Virus record (IMG/VR): IMGVR_UViG_3300037483_000324
Coordinates: 1 to 43,109 of that record
Strand: one strand, 5' to 3'
From: a virus
Taxonomy: Duplodnaviria > Caudoviricetes
Length of the DNA stretch: 43,109 nucleotides
Position numbers and translations under genes: made by a program. The notes under the pieces are model-generated. The model was not told the origin of the DNA. It ran no database searches and saw only the letters and a list, made by a program, of their open reading frames with translations. Positions 16,282-25,813 of this stretch are shown piece after piece. Every line of letters begins with the position of its first letter. Position 1 is the first letter of the stretch.

Positions 16282-18420
16282 CTAACCTTTCTTATATCGT
16301 TTTCCTACAAATCCTTCGACTCCAACAGGGCATCCTATTGCCCAGTCCGGAACTCGGGCCATGATCTTTAAAAAGTCTTCCAGGTTAAAATTTTTAAAGC
16401 CTTCAGGTACCTCAACAACGTCTTCGTCGTGCACGTGAAAGATAACCGGATATCCGGCTTTTTCATGGTTGGTAATAGCGAACCGCAAAAAATCGTTTGC
16501 GACTGCTTGCGTTACATTTTCAGCTAATTTACCGCCATAGGTGTGGATTCTAGTAAACTGTTTCGTTATAGAATCTACTCCCATGTAGGTAACTTGCTTT
16601 TTTTTCCTTCGTTTACAAACCTCAACGGTCTTTCCGTCGATAACGGTTTCTTCGATAACAACATCATCAACATTAGCAATCCGAGGATCGTAGTAGTTTA
16701 GTGTTCTTCCGGAAGGTAGCCTAATGTGCATAAAACGATGGCCTTTAAACTCCCTTACTCCGAACCTTAAGTAACCAACCGTGATCGTTTTACCGGGCTT
16801 TCGGATACATTCAAATGCTGCATTCTGCAGATCCGCCCAAAACTGTATTGTTTTTGGCCGATTATCCCGCCAAGCCATAATGAATGGGGAAGACCATTTC
16901 TTAAACATGGCTTCCCGTATCGTAAGCCGTCGACCGTTAAAATCTTTCATGTCTTTCTTTTCAAGTGTGATCCCTGCCGGTGGTTCAACTTCGTAGATTT
17001 TCGCCATGGACATGAATGCCGACCAATGGCCCTGAAAACCACACGCCAATTCGATTACCTTGCCAATTTGTCGAAGCCCCTTATCAATTTGATCGTATGG
17101 TTTGCCAAAAGCCCCGGAAGCGGCAATCTTGTACAGATCCTTACCGCTCCGGTATGCCTCAAGAATAAATTCTTCGCCAGCCAACCAGGCTAGAATTCGT
17201 CCCTCGATCGCCTTATAGTCACCGGCCATTAAAACGTAACCGGGTGAGGCTGTAATTATGGAGCGTATCAGTTTAGAAGCCGTGACAATCAAATTATCAT
17301 AGAGCGCCGCTACCAACTCGTAGTCTCCGGATCTGATTGTTGCCAGACAGGCTTCAACGTCTTCGTAGAATGCCCGGATAATGTTTTGGAATTGAACTCG
17401 TTGTCCTGACCATCTCCCGGTACCGGCACCGTTAAACATATGACAGCCTCTTGCTCTTGAGTCTTGACTAATACTGTTAAGCATGGCGTTATATTTTTTA
17501 ACGCTACTCATACCGGCCTGTTGCCTAATTTCAAGCACCCGTTTTACTTGTTCCGGAAGGTGCTCCAATTTTAAAAGGTGAGAAACCGTGTCCTTCGTCA
17601 AATCTACCACCGTGACGCCTTGTGATTCAATCCATTTTCGTAGCTCTTCAACTTGAGTCGGGTTGACTCCCGTAAGTGCTCGACACTCTTCTGCCAATTG
17701 GGCTTGACTGGATTCAAACATGGTTATGATTTTATGCACCGATTCGGTATCGATAAGCACGCCACGAGCGTTAATCTTCTGATCCAGGAACCACATCTCT
17801 TGTTCTTGATCGCTTAAATCCCGTAGGTTTTCTGACACCTCGTATTCTGTTTCTACATCCTGTTCGCAGTAGTGAAACAGCTTTATCAGCTTTTCCGGGT
17901 CTTCATCCCAGGTACCCGGATCTGATTTAGATGGCTTTTTTGGTTTGGAAAGCCGAAGCATGATCTGGTGGCCTTTCTTGTCTTTTCGGTTTTTAAGATT
18001 CAAGGCTTCCGCTACTCCATCCAGTGGCCTCGGCAGTTGGTGGATAGCTGCTTTAGCAGCAGAACACCGCCATTGTCGTAGCGGTATTTCCGGCCAACCA
18101 TATTTTTTTGTCATGACGTGACGGAAGATGGCTCGTTCGAACCCGGCGTTATGTGCTTCGAAAATAGCCCCCTTCGCGATCATAACTTTTAAAAGCAGTT
18201 TTGGATCTAAAGGAAGGATATTAAACTCATCGGTAACGCCTTTTAAATATTCATAAACGATCACTTGAAAGTGGGGATTAATCCAGATACCAACCGGTTC
18301 GCTGTCTACCTTAAAAGCCCAGCAGAACACGTCTGTACTTTCATGTTCTGCGTAGGCCCAAGCGCCACAAACCTTAATGTCTTTTTCCGATCGTGTTTCA
18401 AAATCGTTTGTGATTTTCAC
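16282..18420 (-). CDS. Family A DNA polymerase with 3'-5' exonuclease (APSE/BPP-1-like)
   Basis: Exo motifs DFET, AHNAGFE, YCEQD; TGRWSG; motif A DYKAIEGR; motif B RQIGKVIELACGF; motif C HVHDE; YGGKLAENVTQA. Confidence 0.95.
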   Translation of the reverse strand: MKITNDFETRSEKDIKVCGAWAYAEHESTDVFCWAFKVDSEPVGIWINPHFQVIVYEYLKGVTDEFNILPLDPKLLLKVMIAKGAIFEAHNAGFERAIFRHVMTKKYGWPEIPLRQWRCSAAKAAIHQLPRPLDGVAEALNLKNRKDKKGHQIMLRLSKPKKPSKSDPGTWDEDPEKLIKLFHYCEQDVETEYEVSENLRDLSDQEQEMWFLDQKINARGVLIDTESVHKIITMFESSQAQLAEECRALTGVNPTQVEELRKWIESQGVTVVDLTKDTVSHLLKLEHLPEQVKRVLEIRQQAGMSSVKKYNAMLNSISQDSRARGCHMFNGAGTGRWSGQRVQFQNIIRAFYEDVEACLATIRSGDYELVAALYDNLIVTASKLIRSIITASPGYVLMAGDYKAIEGRILAWLAGEEFILEAYRSGKDLYKIAASGAFGKPYDQIDKGLRQIGKVIELACGFQGHWSAFMSMAKIYEVEPPAGITLEKKDMKDFNGRRLTIREAMFKKWSSPFIMAWRDNRPKTIQFWADLQNAAFECIRKPGKTITVGYLRFGVREFKGHRFMHIRLPSGRTLNYYDPRIANVDDVVIEETVIDGKTVEVCKRRKKKQVTYMGVDSITKQFTRIHTYGGKLAENVTQAVANDFLRFAITNHEKAGYPVIFHVHDEDVVEVPEGFKNFNLEDFLKIMARVPDWAIGCPVGVEGFVGKRYKKG

Positions 18421-19022
18421 GGTTTGAGCCTAGACAATTCACGTCGATAGCTAACGGCAAAATTCGAACAAACCTCTTTACCCTTTAATTCTGCTACCAG
18501 TTTTTTACGGTCGTCTGATAGGCGCGAATGATCACCGGACAAAAGGTGATACATCAATTGATCGAATATTCGTTCTCCCCAAATTACTTTTAAGCTGTCA
18601 CAGCGAAGCGGCCACGCCGAAAAATCAAAAATAGCGCCTGACAGATCCGCGCCTGACAGCTTCGCGCGTGACAGATCCGCGCCTGACAGATCCGCGCCTG
18701 ACAGATCCGCGCCTAACAGATCCGCGCCTGACAGCTTCGCGCCTGACAGATCCGCGCCTGACAGCTTCGCGCGTGACAGATCCGCGCCTGACAGATCCGC
18801 GCCTGACAGATCCGCGCCTAACAGATCCGCGCCTGACAGATCCGCGCCTGACAGCTTCGCGCGTGACAGATCCGCGCCTGACAGATCCGCGCCTGACAGA
18901 TCCGCGCCTGACAGATCCGCGCGGTAAAAACTCATTGCTTTGTCGTTTTCTAGGCATTCTTTTAGAGTGCCCGGAAATTCACATATAACACTTTTAGTGT
19001 CCCACCTTTTTATCGTCATCAA
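18417..19022 (-). CDS. Pentapeptide-repeat protein
   Basis: 19 A(D/K)L(S/L)(G/R) units flanked by short unique domains. Confidence 0.9.
   Translation of the reverse strand: MMTIKRWDTKSVICEFPGTLKECLENDKAMSFYRADLSGADLSGADLSGADLSRAKLSGADLSGADLLGADLSGADLSGADLSRAKLSGADLSGAKLSGADLLGADLSGADLSGADLSRAKLSGADLSGAIFDFSAWPLRCDSLKVIWGERIFDQLMYHLLSGDHSRLSDDRKKLVAELKGKEVCSNFAVSYRRELSRLKP
18636..18920 (-). repeat. Tandem 15-bp repeat x19
   Basis: Consensus GCGGATCTGTCAGGC on the minus strand with a few recurrent variants. Confidence 0.95.
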
Positions 19023-19048
19023 GAATCATCCTTAGGTTTTTTATCATC

Positions 19049-19633
19049 TTAACCAAACAGATCGTCATCGATAGTGGCGTATTCAACTTGATCAGACCCA
19101 GGAGAAGCGACCGGTTCGAAATCGTCTTCCGGATTACCCATCGCGTTACCCAGTGGCTCGCCATCACGTAGTTTTTGAACATTTCCTAGGAAAAAACTCA
19201 CTCCCGTGTTGCCGGTATTGTCGTAAATGAATGGCGTGATCATCGCCCTGGCGTAGCAACCTGAGTAAAAATCACTCGCAGAAACGAGTATCGTGTGTGC
19301 ATTAGCGGCCACAATTCCTGGTCGTTGTTTCGACCAAGCCCGAATCACCCAGTGTCCAGGATACCCATCATAGATATTTCCTTTGCTGTTTGGAACATCA
19401 CCGTCCTTTATCGGATTTTTTAACAAAGGCCGTTTTGCTTTATCCGGAAAGACAGATTCGACACATTTTCTCACGACATTTCTGATATTCGTAATGTCGA
19501 TCGTTTTTGGAATCAGCAGGGTTATTTCATATATGAGCTTACCCTGCTGGTTTTCAACGGGTTCAAAAGCATGAGCTAAAGAAACCCGGCCTTCAGGCGT
19601 TCGGATCTTTTCGCCAACTGTGTTCTTCTTCAT
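19049..19633 (-). CDS. ssDNA-binding protein (DUF2815 / T7 gp2.5-like)
   Basis: RVSLAHAFEP, PIKDGD, FYSGCYARA, GVSFFLGNVQKLRDGEPLG, acidic/aromatic C-tail DDDLFG. Confidence 0.9.
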   Translation of the reverse strand: MKKNTVGEKIRTPEGRVSLAHAFEPVENQQGKLIYEITLLIPKTIDITNIRNVVRKCVESVFPDKAKRPLLKNPIKDGDVPNSKGNIYDGYPGHWVIRAWSKQRPGIVAANAHTILVSASDFYSGCYARAMITPFIYDNTGNTGVSFFLGNVQKLRDGEPLGNAMGNPEDDFEPVASPGSDQVEYATIDDDLFG

Positions 19634-19644
19634 TTTTTTTATCC

Positions 19645-20871
19645 TTAAAACAAATCGTTTAAATCATCATTAACTGAATCAAAATCGTCCGAGATGGACG
19701 GAATAAGCGCTGGTTTTGAACTATGTTCCGGCGCTATCGAAACACTGGGCGGGTTTCTGATTATTAAATGATCGTACAAAACTTGCGGGTTGCGCTCTAC
19801 ACCACGCGTCTTATCGATCGCTTTGACTGTTTTATCCATCTGCGCCGGAGATAAAAGCGTTTGCGGAACGTAGATTTTATCTCCATAACCAACCAGTAGA
19901 TTGGCAACCAGCTTCTCATCTAACCACTTACGATTACCGGCTCTACCTTGTACTAATTTCCAGCCTGGAACAACAACGCCACGCTCCATTTCTGCTTTTG
20001 CGAAATCGGCCACTTTCGTAAAAAACGGGGCAATAACACTATTCGTAAATTCCCGTATTTTTAGCGTTTCAGCGATTTGTTCAATCGACATCTTTTCCGG
20101 AGCTTCAAGCACGGCGAAATCTCGCTGTGCCAACTCTTTCGCAGCGTCAAACAATGCCGGACAGGAAGCCTGCGCAGGGCAAAAATAGTCATTGCACCAA
20201 TAACCTGGCTTCAACCCGGCATCCGGTTTAATCGATTCCAGCGCTGCTGGCAATAGAGTGTTGTATGCCCAAGCCAATAACTCTTCCGGCGTTAATTGCC
20301 AGCGTCTAATCGGACCACCAGCATGGCTACAACGCGGCTGAACAACTACCAACTCGACTAAATCGTTGTCATCCTTTAAAGACAGATACGCCCCTAACGC
20401 ATAAAACATGAGCTGGTAGTTCCGTTCGACGCTAACGGGAACGCCCTGACCGTGCTTATAATCAAACACGGTCAATTTTCCTAAAACCTCACTGACACAG
20501 GCGTCATTAGTCCCAAACATTTCCAGACCTTTAAATTTAGGATCCAGTTTGGCGAGATCGAATTTTTGCTCAACGTACAGTTCACAGCCGGCCTTTTTCT
20601 CAAGTCGTACAGCGGTTACATAGTGCTGCACGGCTTCAATCATCTCATCCGTTACCTTCCAAGCCTTGCCATTCATTTCGTATTTTTGGCCAAGGTAGCT
20701 GGAAACGGCTTTCCACTCTTTAAGTGCCGTTGATCCCAGCAAATGAGCCGCCGTACCCTCATCCGCATAGTCACTCGTCGTTGGCGGGATGTCCTGACAC
20801 AGCCTAACGCTTCCAGGACAATTAACCCAGCGCGGACAACTGGATCCGCCAAGTTTAGCGTGTTCAGCCAT
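19645..20871 (-). CDS. DUF2800 PD-(D/E)XK (Cas4-like) exonuclease
   Basis: HAKLGGS..RWVNCPGS, EGTAAH, FGTND, DYKHGQG, QLMFYALGA, WC..FCPA...C, PGWKLVQGR. Confidence 0.9.
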   Translation of the reverse strand: MAEHAKLGGSSCPRWVNCPGSVRLCQDIPPTTSDYADEGTAAHLLGSTALKEWKAVSSYLGQKYEMNGKAWKVTDEMIEAVQHYVTAVRLEKKAGCELYVEQKFDLAKLDPKFKGLEMFGTNDACVSEVLGKLTVFDYKHGQGVPVSVERNYQLMFYALGAYLSLKDDNDLVELVVVQPRCSHAGGPIRRWQLTPEELLAWAYNTLLPAALESIKPDAGLKPGYWCNDYFCPAQASCPALFDAAKELAQRDFAVLEAPEKMSIEQIAETLKIREFTNSVIAPFFTKVADFAKAEMERGVVVPGWKLVQGRAGNRKWLDEKLVANLLVGYGDKIYVPQTLLSPAQMDKTVKAIDKTRGVERNPQVLYDHLIIRNPPSVSIAPEHSSKPALIPSISDDFDSVNDDLNDLF

Positions 20872-21688
20872 TTATTTTTTCCTCGCAAACGGCAGCAAAC
20901 GCACCTAATTTATCATCACCGATGCCTGCCAAATTCTTACAACCCGGACCACCAACCAAAACCAACAAAGCTGAACCTTCCGTTTCTCCCTTCACGTCAA
21001 TAAAATGTTTAAACGACACAGAAGCCCTGCAAGCGGAGGCCAGCAGTTTGTGCTTTAACGTGTCCATACCGGATAACGTTTTTGACCCACATCGGCTTTC
21101 CATCAGCGTTAACGTCTTTTCTTTTCCTATCGCATCAACGCAACCTTTAACCAGATTGCGAAGATCGACCATGTCAACCTTTCCGGGATCGCCTTTTAAT
21201 TGATCCGGAGTTTTTACCGGTTCTGCCTTGGCTGGTTCTGCCTTTGGGTCTGCAGCCGGTTCTAACCAATCAGTCTTCGTTGTTCCGTCTTGCTTTCCGG
21301 CTGTCGTTTCAATCGCTTTTTTCAAGGCTTTTGCCAGGTTGACAGTTGATGTTTTCGAGCTAATGTCTATGCCGTTTGCCGCACACCCCATTTCGATTGT
21401 CTTACGATCCTCCGGGGTAAACCGTTGTTTATCAAGGTTAACGTTGAAGTAATCGGCATTGCTGATAAGCGGCCCATTTGCCACAACGTCATTCGCAGGA
21501 ATTTTGCTCGGTGTTACAGTCGGCGCGTTAGCTGGTCTGTCAGGCAACACAATAACCGTTTTTGGTTTTTTTGCTTCTTTTTGCAAAATAGAATCACCGT
21601 AAAGCCCTTTTGTAAATACCTGAAGCGCCAGCATTGCATTCCTGGCGTCTTCCGGATTGTTTAAATTAAATTGTATTGACACTGTCAT
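20864..21688 (-). CDS. Hypothetical protein of replication operon
   Basis: 274-aa ORF with AGGAG SD and Pro/Ala/Lys linker; overlaps the next gene. Confidence 0.7.
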   Translation of the reverse strand: MTVSIQFNLNNPEDARNAMLALQVFTKGLYGDSILQKEAKKPKTVIVLPDRPANAPTVTPSKIPANDVVANGPLISNADYFNVNLDKQRFTPEDRKTIEMGCAANGIDISSKTSTVNLAKALKKAIETTAGKQDGTTKTDWLEPAADPKAEPAKAEPVKTPDQLKGDPGKVDMVDLRNLVKGCVDAIGKEKTLTLMESRCGSKTLSGMDTLKHKLLASACRASVSFKHFIDVKGETEGSALLVLVGGPGCKNLAGIGDDKLGAFAAVCEEKING

Positions 21689-21699
21689 TTTTTCGCTCC

Positions 21700-23247
21700 T
21701 TAATTTAAAATGTTATCTGCATCGATCTGTTTTTCCAACGATCGACCCAGTATTATTGCACCAATAGAACCCTCAACTACGAGATAATGAACGTTTATTT
21801 TATTTAATTGCCCGATTCGATGGGCTCTATCGATGCATTGTTCATTGTCGGATGGAACCCACGATGGCTCCACTAAAACAACCTCTGAAGCGGCAGTCAG
21901 ATTTAGACCGATTCCGCCAGCTTCCATGTTGGCTACATAAACGTGCGTGTTTTGGTCGTTCTGAAACGAACTAACCGCCGCTTCTCTCTTACGGTCTGAA
22001 TCGCCACCGCGAATCAAAACGTATCCGATTTGTAGTTTGCTAAATTGTTCAGAAACCATCGCCAAAACATCTCTGTGATAGCCAAACAAGAGAATCTTTT
22101 CGACTCCACCGTCCAGCATGTCAGCAACAAAACTGACTGTTTGAGGCACCATTTCACGACCTAATTCGTGCCGAATTTCCGGAATAGGAGAACCAACTGG
22201 GATTCCATTTTTATAAATTTCGTCCGGACTAAACGGTTTTTCTTTTTTTAGGATCGCTTTAATTTTCTTACTTTCCGCTGGAAACACTACCAGGTTGTAT
22301 TGCTTAGGCGGTAGCTCAGGCAAAACAGCCTCTTTCGTTCGCCTAACCATAAACCCGGATCGCAATCGATTGTTTAAATCTGTTTCGTTTTTAGTCCCGG
22401 TAATTTGAAGCCCGTACCCAGTCTCTTCAAAAGTGCACCAACGCTGCACGTAACCACGAAACGATTTGCCGTCTATCAATTCAGGTTTTAGCCTAACCAG
22501 TAGATAGTAAAAATCGTTCGCTCTATTTTTAATCGGCGTCCCGGAAAGAAAAATTCGTTTGCGGGCACGACTGATCAAACCGAGGTGTTCACCGTTGCCA
22601 AGGACGGTTTGAGTTCGATCAGCCGTGCCATTCTTTAAATACTGAATCTCGTCGCAGATAATGGCGTCAAACTGGATATTCATAAGTTGGTTAAGATAAT
22701 CGGTTGCCAGATTATATGAGATAACAACCGATAAATCGTTGTTCAGGATCTGACTACCGTGCTGCACTACCTGAAGCTGTTTTAAACCAACGCTCCACTT
22801 TTTATATTCCGTCACCCAGTTATGACGGAGCGCTGCAGGACAAATTATCAACGTTTTTAGAAGCCTTTCCAGATTAGCCAATCCCAGTGCCTGAACGGTT
22901 TTGCCTAAACCCATTTGGTCAGCGATTAAAACGTTGTCAAACTGGGAGCCGTACCAGATTCCCGCTTTTTGAAAATCCCGGTAAACACATCCGGACGGAG
23001 CTGGAACCTCAAAGTCAGTTGATATGAACCTGGAAGCATCAACCGTGTCTTCCAGAGGCAACAAAATCTTTAGTGCTTTTTCATCGGCATAATCGATTAG
23101 ATTCAATGCTGCATACTTTGATTCTGTCACCCAGGCACCACGCGGATGAAACCAGAAACCGGCTTCTTTCGCCAAAATCAATGCTTCAGGCGTGAAGCCC
23201 TTCCAGGCAAACAGTTTGTGTTTTTCGGAATAGGTCAATTGATTCAT
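21700..23247 (-). CDS. SNF2-like (SF2) helicase
   Basis: LIADQMGLGKT, IICDEIQ, LSGTP, RRTK..VLPELP, GLNLTAA, WVPSDNEQCIDRAHRIGQ. Confidence 0.92.
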   Translation of the reverse strand: MNQLTYSEKHKLFAWKGFTPEALILAKEAGFWFHPRGAWVTESKYAALNLIDYADEKALKILLPLEDTVDASRFISTDFEVPAPSGCVYRDFQKAGIWYGSQFDNVLIADQMGLGKTVQALGLANLERLLKTLIICPAALRHNWVTEYKKWSVGLKQLQVVQHGSQILNNDLSVVISYNLATDYLNQLMNIQFDAIICDEIQYLKNGTADRTQTVLGNGEHLGLISRARKRIFLSGTPIKNRANDFYYLLVRLKPELIDGKSFRGYVQRWCTFEETGYGLQITGTKNETDLNNRLRSGFMVRRTKEAVLPELPPKQYNLVVFPAESKKIKAILKKEKPFSPDEIYKNGIPVGSPIPEIRHELGREMVPQTVSFVADMLDGGVEKILLFGYHRDVLAMVSEQFSKLQIGYVLIRGGDSDRKREAAVSSFQNDQNTHVYVANMEAGGIGLNLTAASEVVLVEPSWVPSDNEQCIDRAHRIGQLNKINVHYLVVEGSIGAIILGRSLEKQIDADNILN

Positions 23248-23438
23248 TCGTTTAAAAACTCATCAACGCTTGATAGAGAAGCAAACGACGTGTTTTTTTT
23301 TATAAATGCATCATAGTTAGATTCAATTCGCCTGATCTTGCCGCCACGTGCTAGATACGCTTTCGTAGCGCTGTTAATCTCTTTATGACTTAACTTCTTG
23401 GCAGGCTTTTTAACGCTCCAATCTATCTTCCTTTCCAT
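23244..23438 (-). CDS. Small protein with SutA-like RNAP-binding motif
   Basis: EINSATKAYLARGGKIRRI resembles the SutA xFLxxGGxI motif. Confidence 0.5.
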   Translation of the reverse strand: MERKIDWSVKKPAKKLSHKEINSATKAYLARGGKIRRIESNYDAFIKKNTSFASLSSVDEFLNE

Positions 23439-23613
23439 GTGTCTTTCTCCTTACAGGACGGCTATCAGATGTAAACGTTAACGGTTTACTGATCGCCCTA
23501 TACCACGTATATAGGGCATCTTTGTTTAAAACGGTCCAACTACCATCCAGGCGCTGAAATTCATCACCAACCTGGATTTCTTCAGTAAGATTAAGTAGCC
23601 TGTAGTTTTCCAT
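23410..23613 (-). CDS. Hypothetical phage protein
   Basis: 67-aa ORF with GGAG SD, in operon. Confidence 0.6.
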   Translation of the reverse strand: MENYRLLNLTEEIQVGDEFQRLDGSWTVLNKDALYTWYRAISKPLTFTSDSRPVRRKTHGKEDRLER

Positions 23614-23622
23614 GCTAGTCTC

Positions 23623-24432
23623 CTAAAAATTAATCTCGGTTGGCTCTAGCGGGATTTTACCCGCGTACTTGGTGTCGTTAAAAAATTGAAGCGCACCCCG
23701 AAACGTTTTGTACTGTCTACGCTCGTTTTTCGTGACGGCTAAGAAGGTTTTATCTTCAAATTCTACAATCCCGACAAAACCAAATTCCCCGTTTTTAACG
23801 CGCCACTTCCTTAAAACGTGTTTCGCCGTCCGCTTGGGGTTTTTAGCACGATACATCGATCCTATTTTCCAAGCGCACGCTAAGGCTGAAATCTGGATTG
23901 CAATCCGGAGAAAAAACAACTGAGCGATTTCAAACGATGAAAGACTACTAACGGTTTGCACTGTTGGTTCTGACAGCAAACCTTTTAATTGTTGCGAAGA
24001 TTTCCGCCTTTCATTGACCGAAATGGCCGTGTTTGTTTTCTGGCCATCACCAACAAACAGATGACGATCGGTACGATTGTCAGCGATTTCCTGCTCAATA
24101 ATAGCCGTAAGCTTTGACTGCCGGTTTGCCTGCTCCTGTGCCATCTCTATCGGTTTCAAAACCCGATACCCAGCACCGGCAACTGTCAAACAGAATAGGA
24201 TTCCGGCTAATGCTCGAAACACCCACGTCAACCAGCCACGACTATCTGTAAGGATCATCATTAAATGTTGAAAAAGCTCAGCCAAAATCGCTGCAACCCA
24301 GGGAATAAGCACTACGGTCGCCGGATACAACATCCGGTAATAGCCTGCGCTTTCGTTAATCATAAAGGCGGCGGCCACGAGGTTAATCGACAGTAACGAA
24401 AACATGAAAACAACCTTGGCAATTGTATTCAT
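23623..24432 (-). CDS. Multi-pass membrane protein, unknown function
   Basis: Three N-terminal hydrophobic helices, coiled-coil, a fourth TM, soluble C-terminus. Confidence 0.7.
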   Translation of the reverse strand: MNTIAKVVFMFSLLSINLVAAAFMINESAGYYRMLYPATVVLIPWVAAILAELFQHLMMILTDSRGWLTWVFRALAGILFCLTVAGAGYRVLKPIEMAQEQANRQSKLTAIIEQEIADNRTDRHLFVGDGQKTNTAISVNERRKSSQQLKGLLSEPTVQTVSSLSSFEIAQLFFLRIAIQISALACAWKIGSMYRAKNPKRTAKHVLRKWRVKNGEFGFVGIVEFEDKTFLAVTKNERRQYKTFRGALQFFNDTKYAGKIPLEPTEINF

Positions 24433-24488
24433 TTTTTTACCTGTTTAAACGTTTAAAAATTTAATGGCCACGCGGTAGCTATGGTGTT

Positions 24489-25373
24489 CTACAAGCTTTG
24501 CCAATTCTCGGTGACGTTTTCCAAAATTTTCTTATATTCGTCTTCTTTCTTCAACGTCGCTTCCCAAATATCCCGGTCGGTATACTCAGCGACTTTATTG
24601 CGGATTAAATCCCTAATAACCCGTGGTTCGAGCGCGTCAAGCTCCCAACTACTCATTCCGTAGTTTTCAATGTATGAAGTAGCTCTTGTGTCGGTAAGCT
24701 TTGCCGGATTTGGCGGCGGTTGATAATCTTCAATCTGATCGTAGTTTAAGGCGATTCGTTTAACAGTCAATCCGCCCATGAAAGTTTTATACCGGTCTTT
24801 AATATCCCTAGTCATGTCAACACCGGACGGATCGTGATCACCTAAATGGATTATCACGGGAACCTGGTGATAATACTCTTTATACCCGGCCATCCTACGA
24901 GCTGCGTTCCACATTTCGGATTGGGATGTATATCCTTTGCAGGCGAAATATGGAACATCCAACTCTTGACAAATCCGAGAAATTACGCCGGCCAGCGCTT
25001 CCTTTTCAATCCACACTTCAACCCGATATGGTTGATCCTCCCAACGATCCAACATGAATTGTTCAAGAGCATCCTGAACGGCTTGTCCCGGATCGGTATT
25101 GTGGTAATTTCCTTTTAGGTTTCTGGTTCGATCCTCAATGGCGTACCAATCGATCAAACCGGCAAGCCTTGCATCGGAAACGATGTTACCCAGTCGCTTA
25201 TATTCCGATTGAACGTTCTGGATAAGATCGCGACTTACGAACTGATAGTAGAGCTGTCTTAACGTCAGGCTCAAACTATCGGCTTCGTAATCGTTAATAA
25301 TCTCATTGGCCTTTTCGATTAAGGCCAACGTTGACTTGTTAAAATTCTTTTCCACGTATTGTATTTTAGGCAT
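24489..25373 (-). CDS. Topoisomerase VI subunit A/Spo11-like (5Y-CAP + TOPRIM) protein, Mini-A-like
   Basis: TLRQLYY (RxxYY), EVWIEKEAL (TOPRIM E), KGYTS, LGDHDPSG (DxD), WELDAL. ATG 25373 has an AGGAG SD and follows the upstream stop. Confidence 0.78.
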   Translation of the reverse strand: MPKIQYVEKNFNKSTLALIEKANEIINDYEADSLSLTLRQLYYQFVSRDLIQNVQSEYKRLGNIVSDARLAGLIDWYAIEDRTRNLKGNYHNTDPGQAVQDALEQFMLDRWEDQPYRVEVWIEKEALAGVISRICQELDVPYFACKGYTSQSEMWNAARRMAGYKEYYHQVPVIIHLGDHDPSGVDMTRDIKDRYKTFMGGLTVKRIALNYDQIEDYQPPPNPAKLTDTRATSYIENYGMSSWELDALEPRVIRDLIRNKVAEYTDRDIWEATLKKEDEYKKILENVTENWQSL

Positions 25374-25374
25374 C

Positions 25375-25773
25375 TTACTCTCCTGAAATGTAATTCCCGT
25401 CTGAACAAATAAATCTGTGTGTTCCGCTTGAAAACGCTTTTTCTTTTCCGTCTGGTAATTGACATAGAACGCCATAAACATCATGGTCCGTTGGGCTATT
25501 AGCGGCCGAAATAAAAAAATCATTCAAAAAAATTACCGCTGTTTTATTGCCGGTTTTGCGGTCTTCAACGAGTCCGCGTTCTCCTTCTATTATCAACGAT
25601 GGCTTTAAATTTTCTCTAATGGTGTAATCGCTTGGATCGTTTAGTGGGGGCAATCTATGCAACCTTTCGAATTTTTTGATAACACGCTCCCTGCTTACAG
25701 ACTGTGAAAAAGTAACAACGTATTCCTTACCGGGGAACTCTTTGTGACTAATTATATATCTGACAATTTTCAC
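25375..25773 (-). CDS. Hypothetical protein
   Basis: 132-aa ORF, GTG start with AAGGAG SD. Confidence 0.65.
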   Translation of the reverse strand: MKIVRYIISHKEFPGKEYVVTFSQSVSRERVIKKFERLHRLPPLNDPSDYTIRENLKPSLIIEGERGLVEDRKTGNKTAVIFLNDFFISAANSPTDHDVYGVLCQLPDGKEKAFSSGTHRFICSDGNYISGE

Positions 25774-25785
25774 GGCTTTTCTCCT

Positions 25786-25808
25786 TTGCCGGGATTAACT
25801 CCCGGCAA
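25786..25808. other. Perfect 9-bp stem-loop between DUF932 gene and next RBS
   Basis: TTGCCGGGA-ttaac-TCCCGGCAA; no U-tract on the coding (-) strand. Confidence 0.55.
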
Positions 25809-25813
25809 GTAAT

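Noticed and set aside
16282-18420. Intron, intein or homing endonuclease in polymerase (also checked terminase and helicases)
   Set aside because: ORFs are continuous and of ordinary length; no intein termini or endonuclease motifs noticed.
18625-18988. RRGSV and TDPRL repeat ORFs
   Set aside because: Alternative frames of the 15-bp pentapeptide repeat.
19645-20871. Cas4 / CRISPR-associated gene
   Set aside because: Motifs and context (next to DUF2815 SSB and DNA polymerase) fit the common phage DUF2800 nuclease.
25374-25523. N-terminal extension of the Topo VI-A-like ORF
   Set aside because: Overlaps the upstream gene; ATG 25373 has a strong SD.
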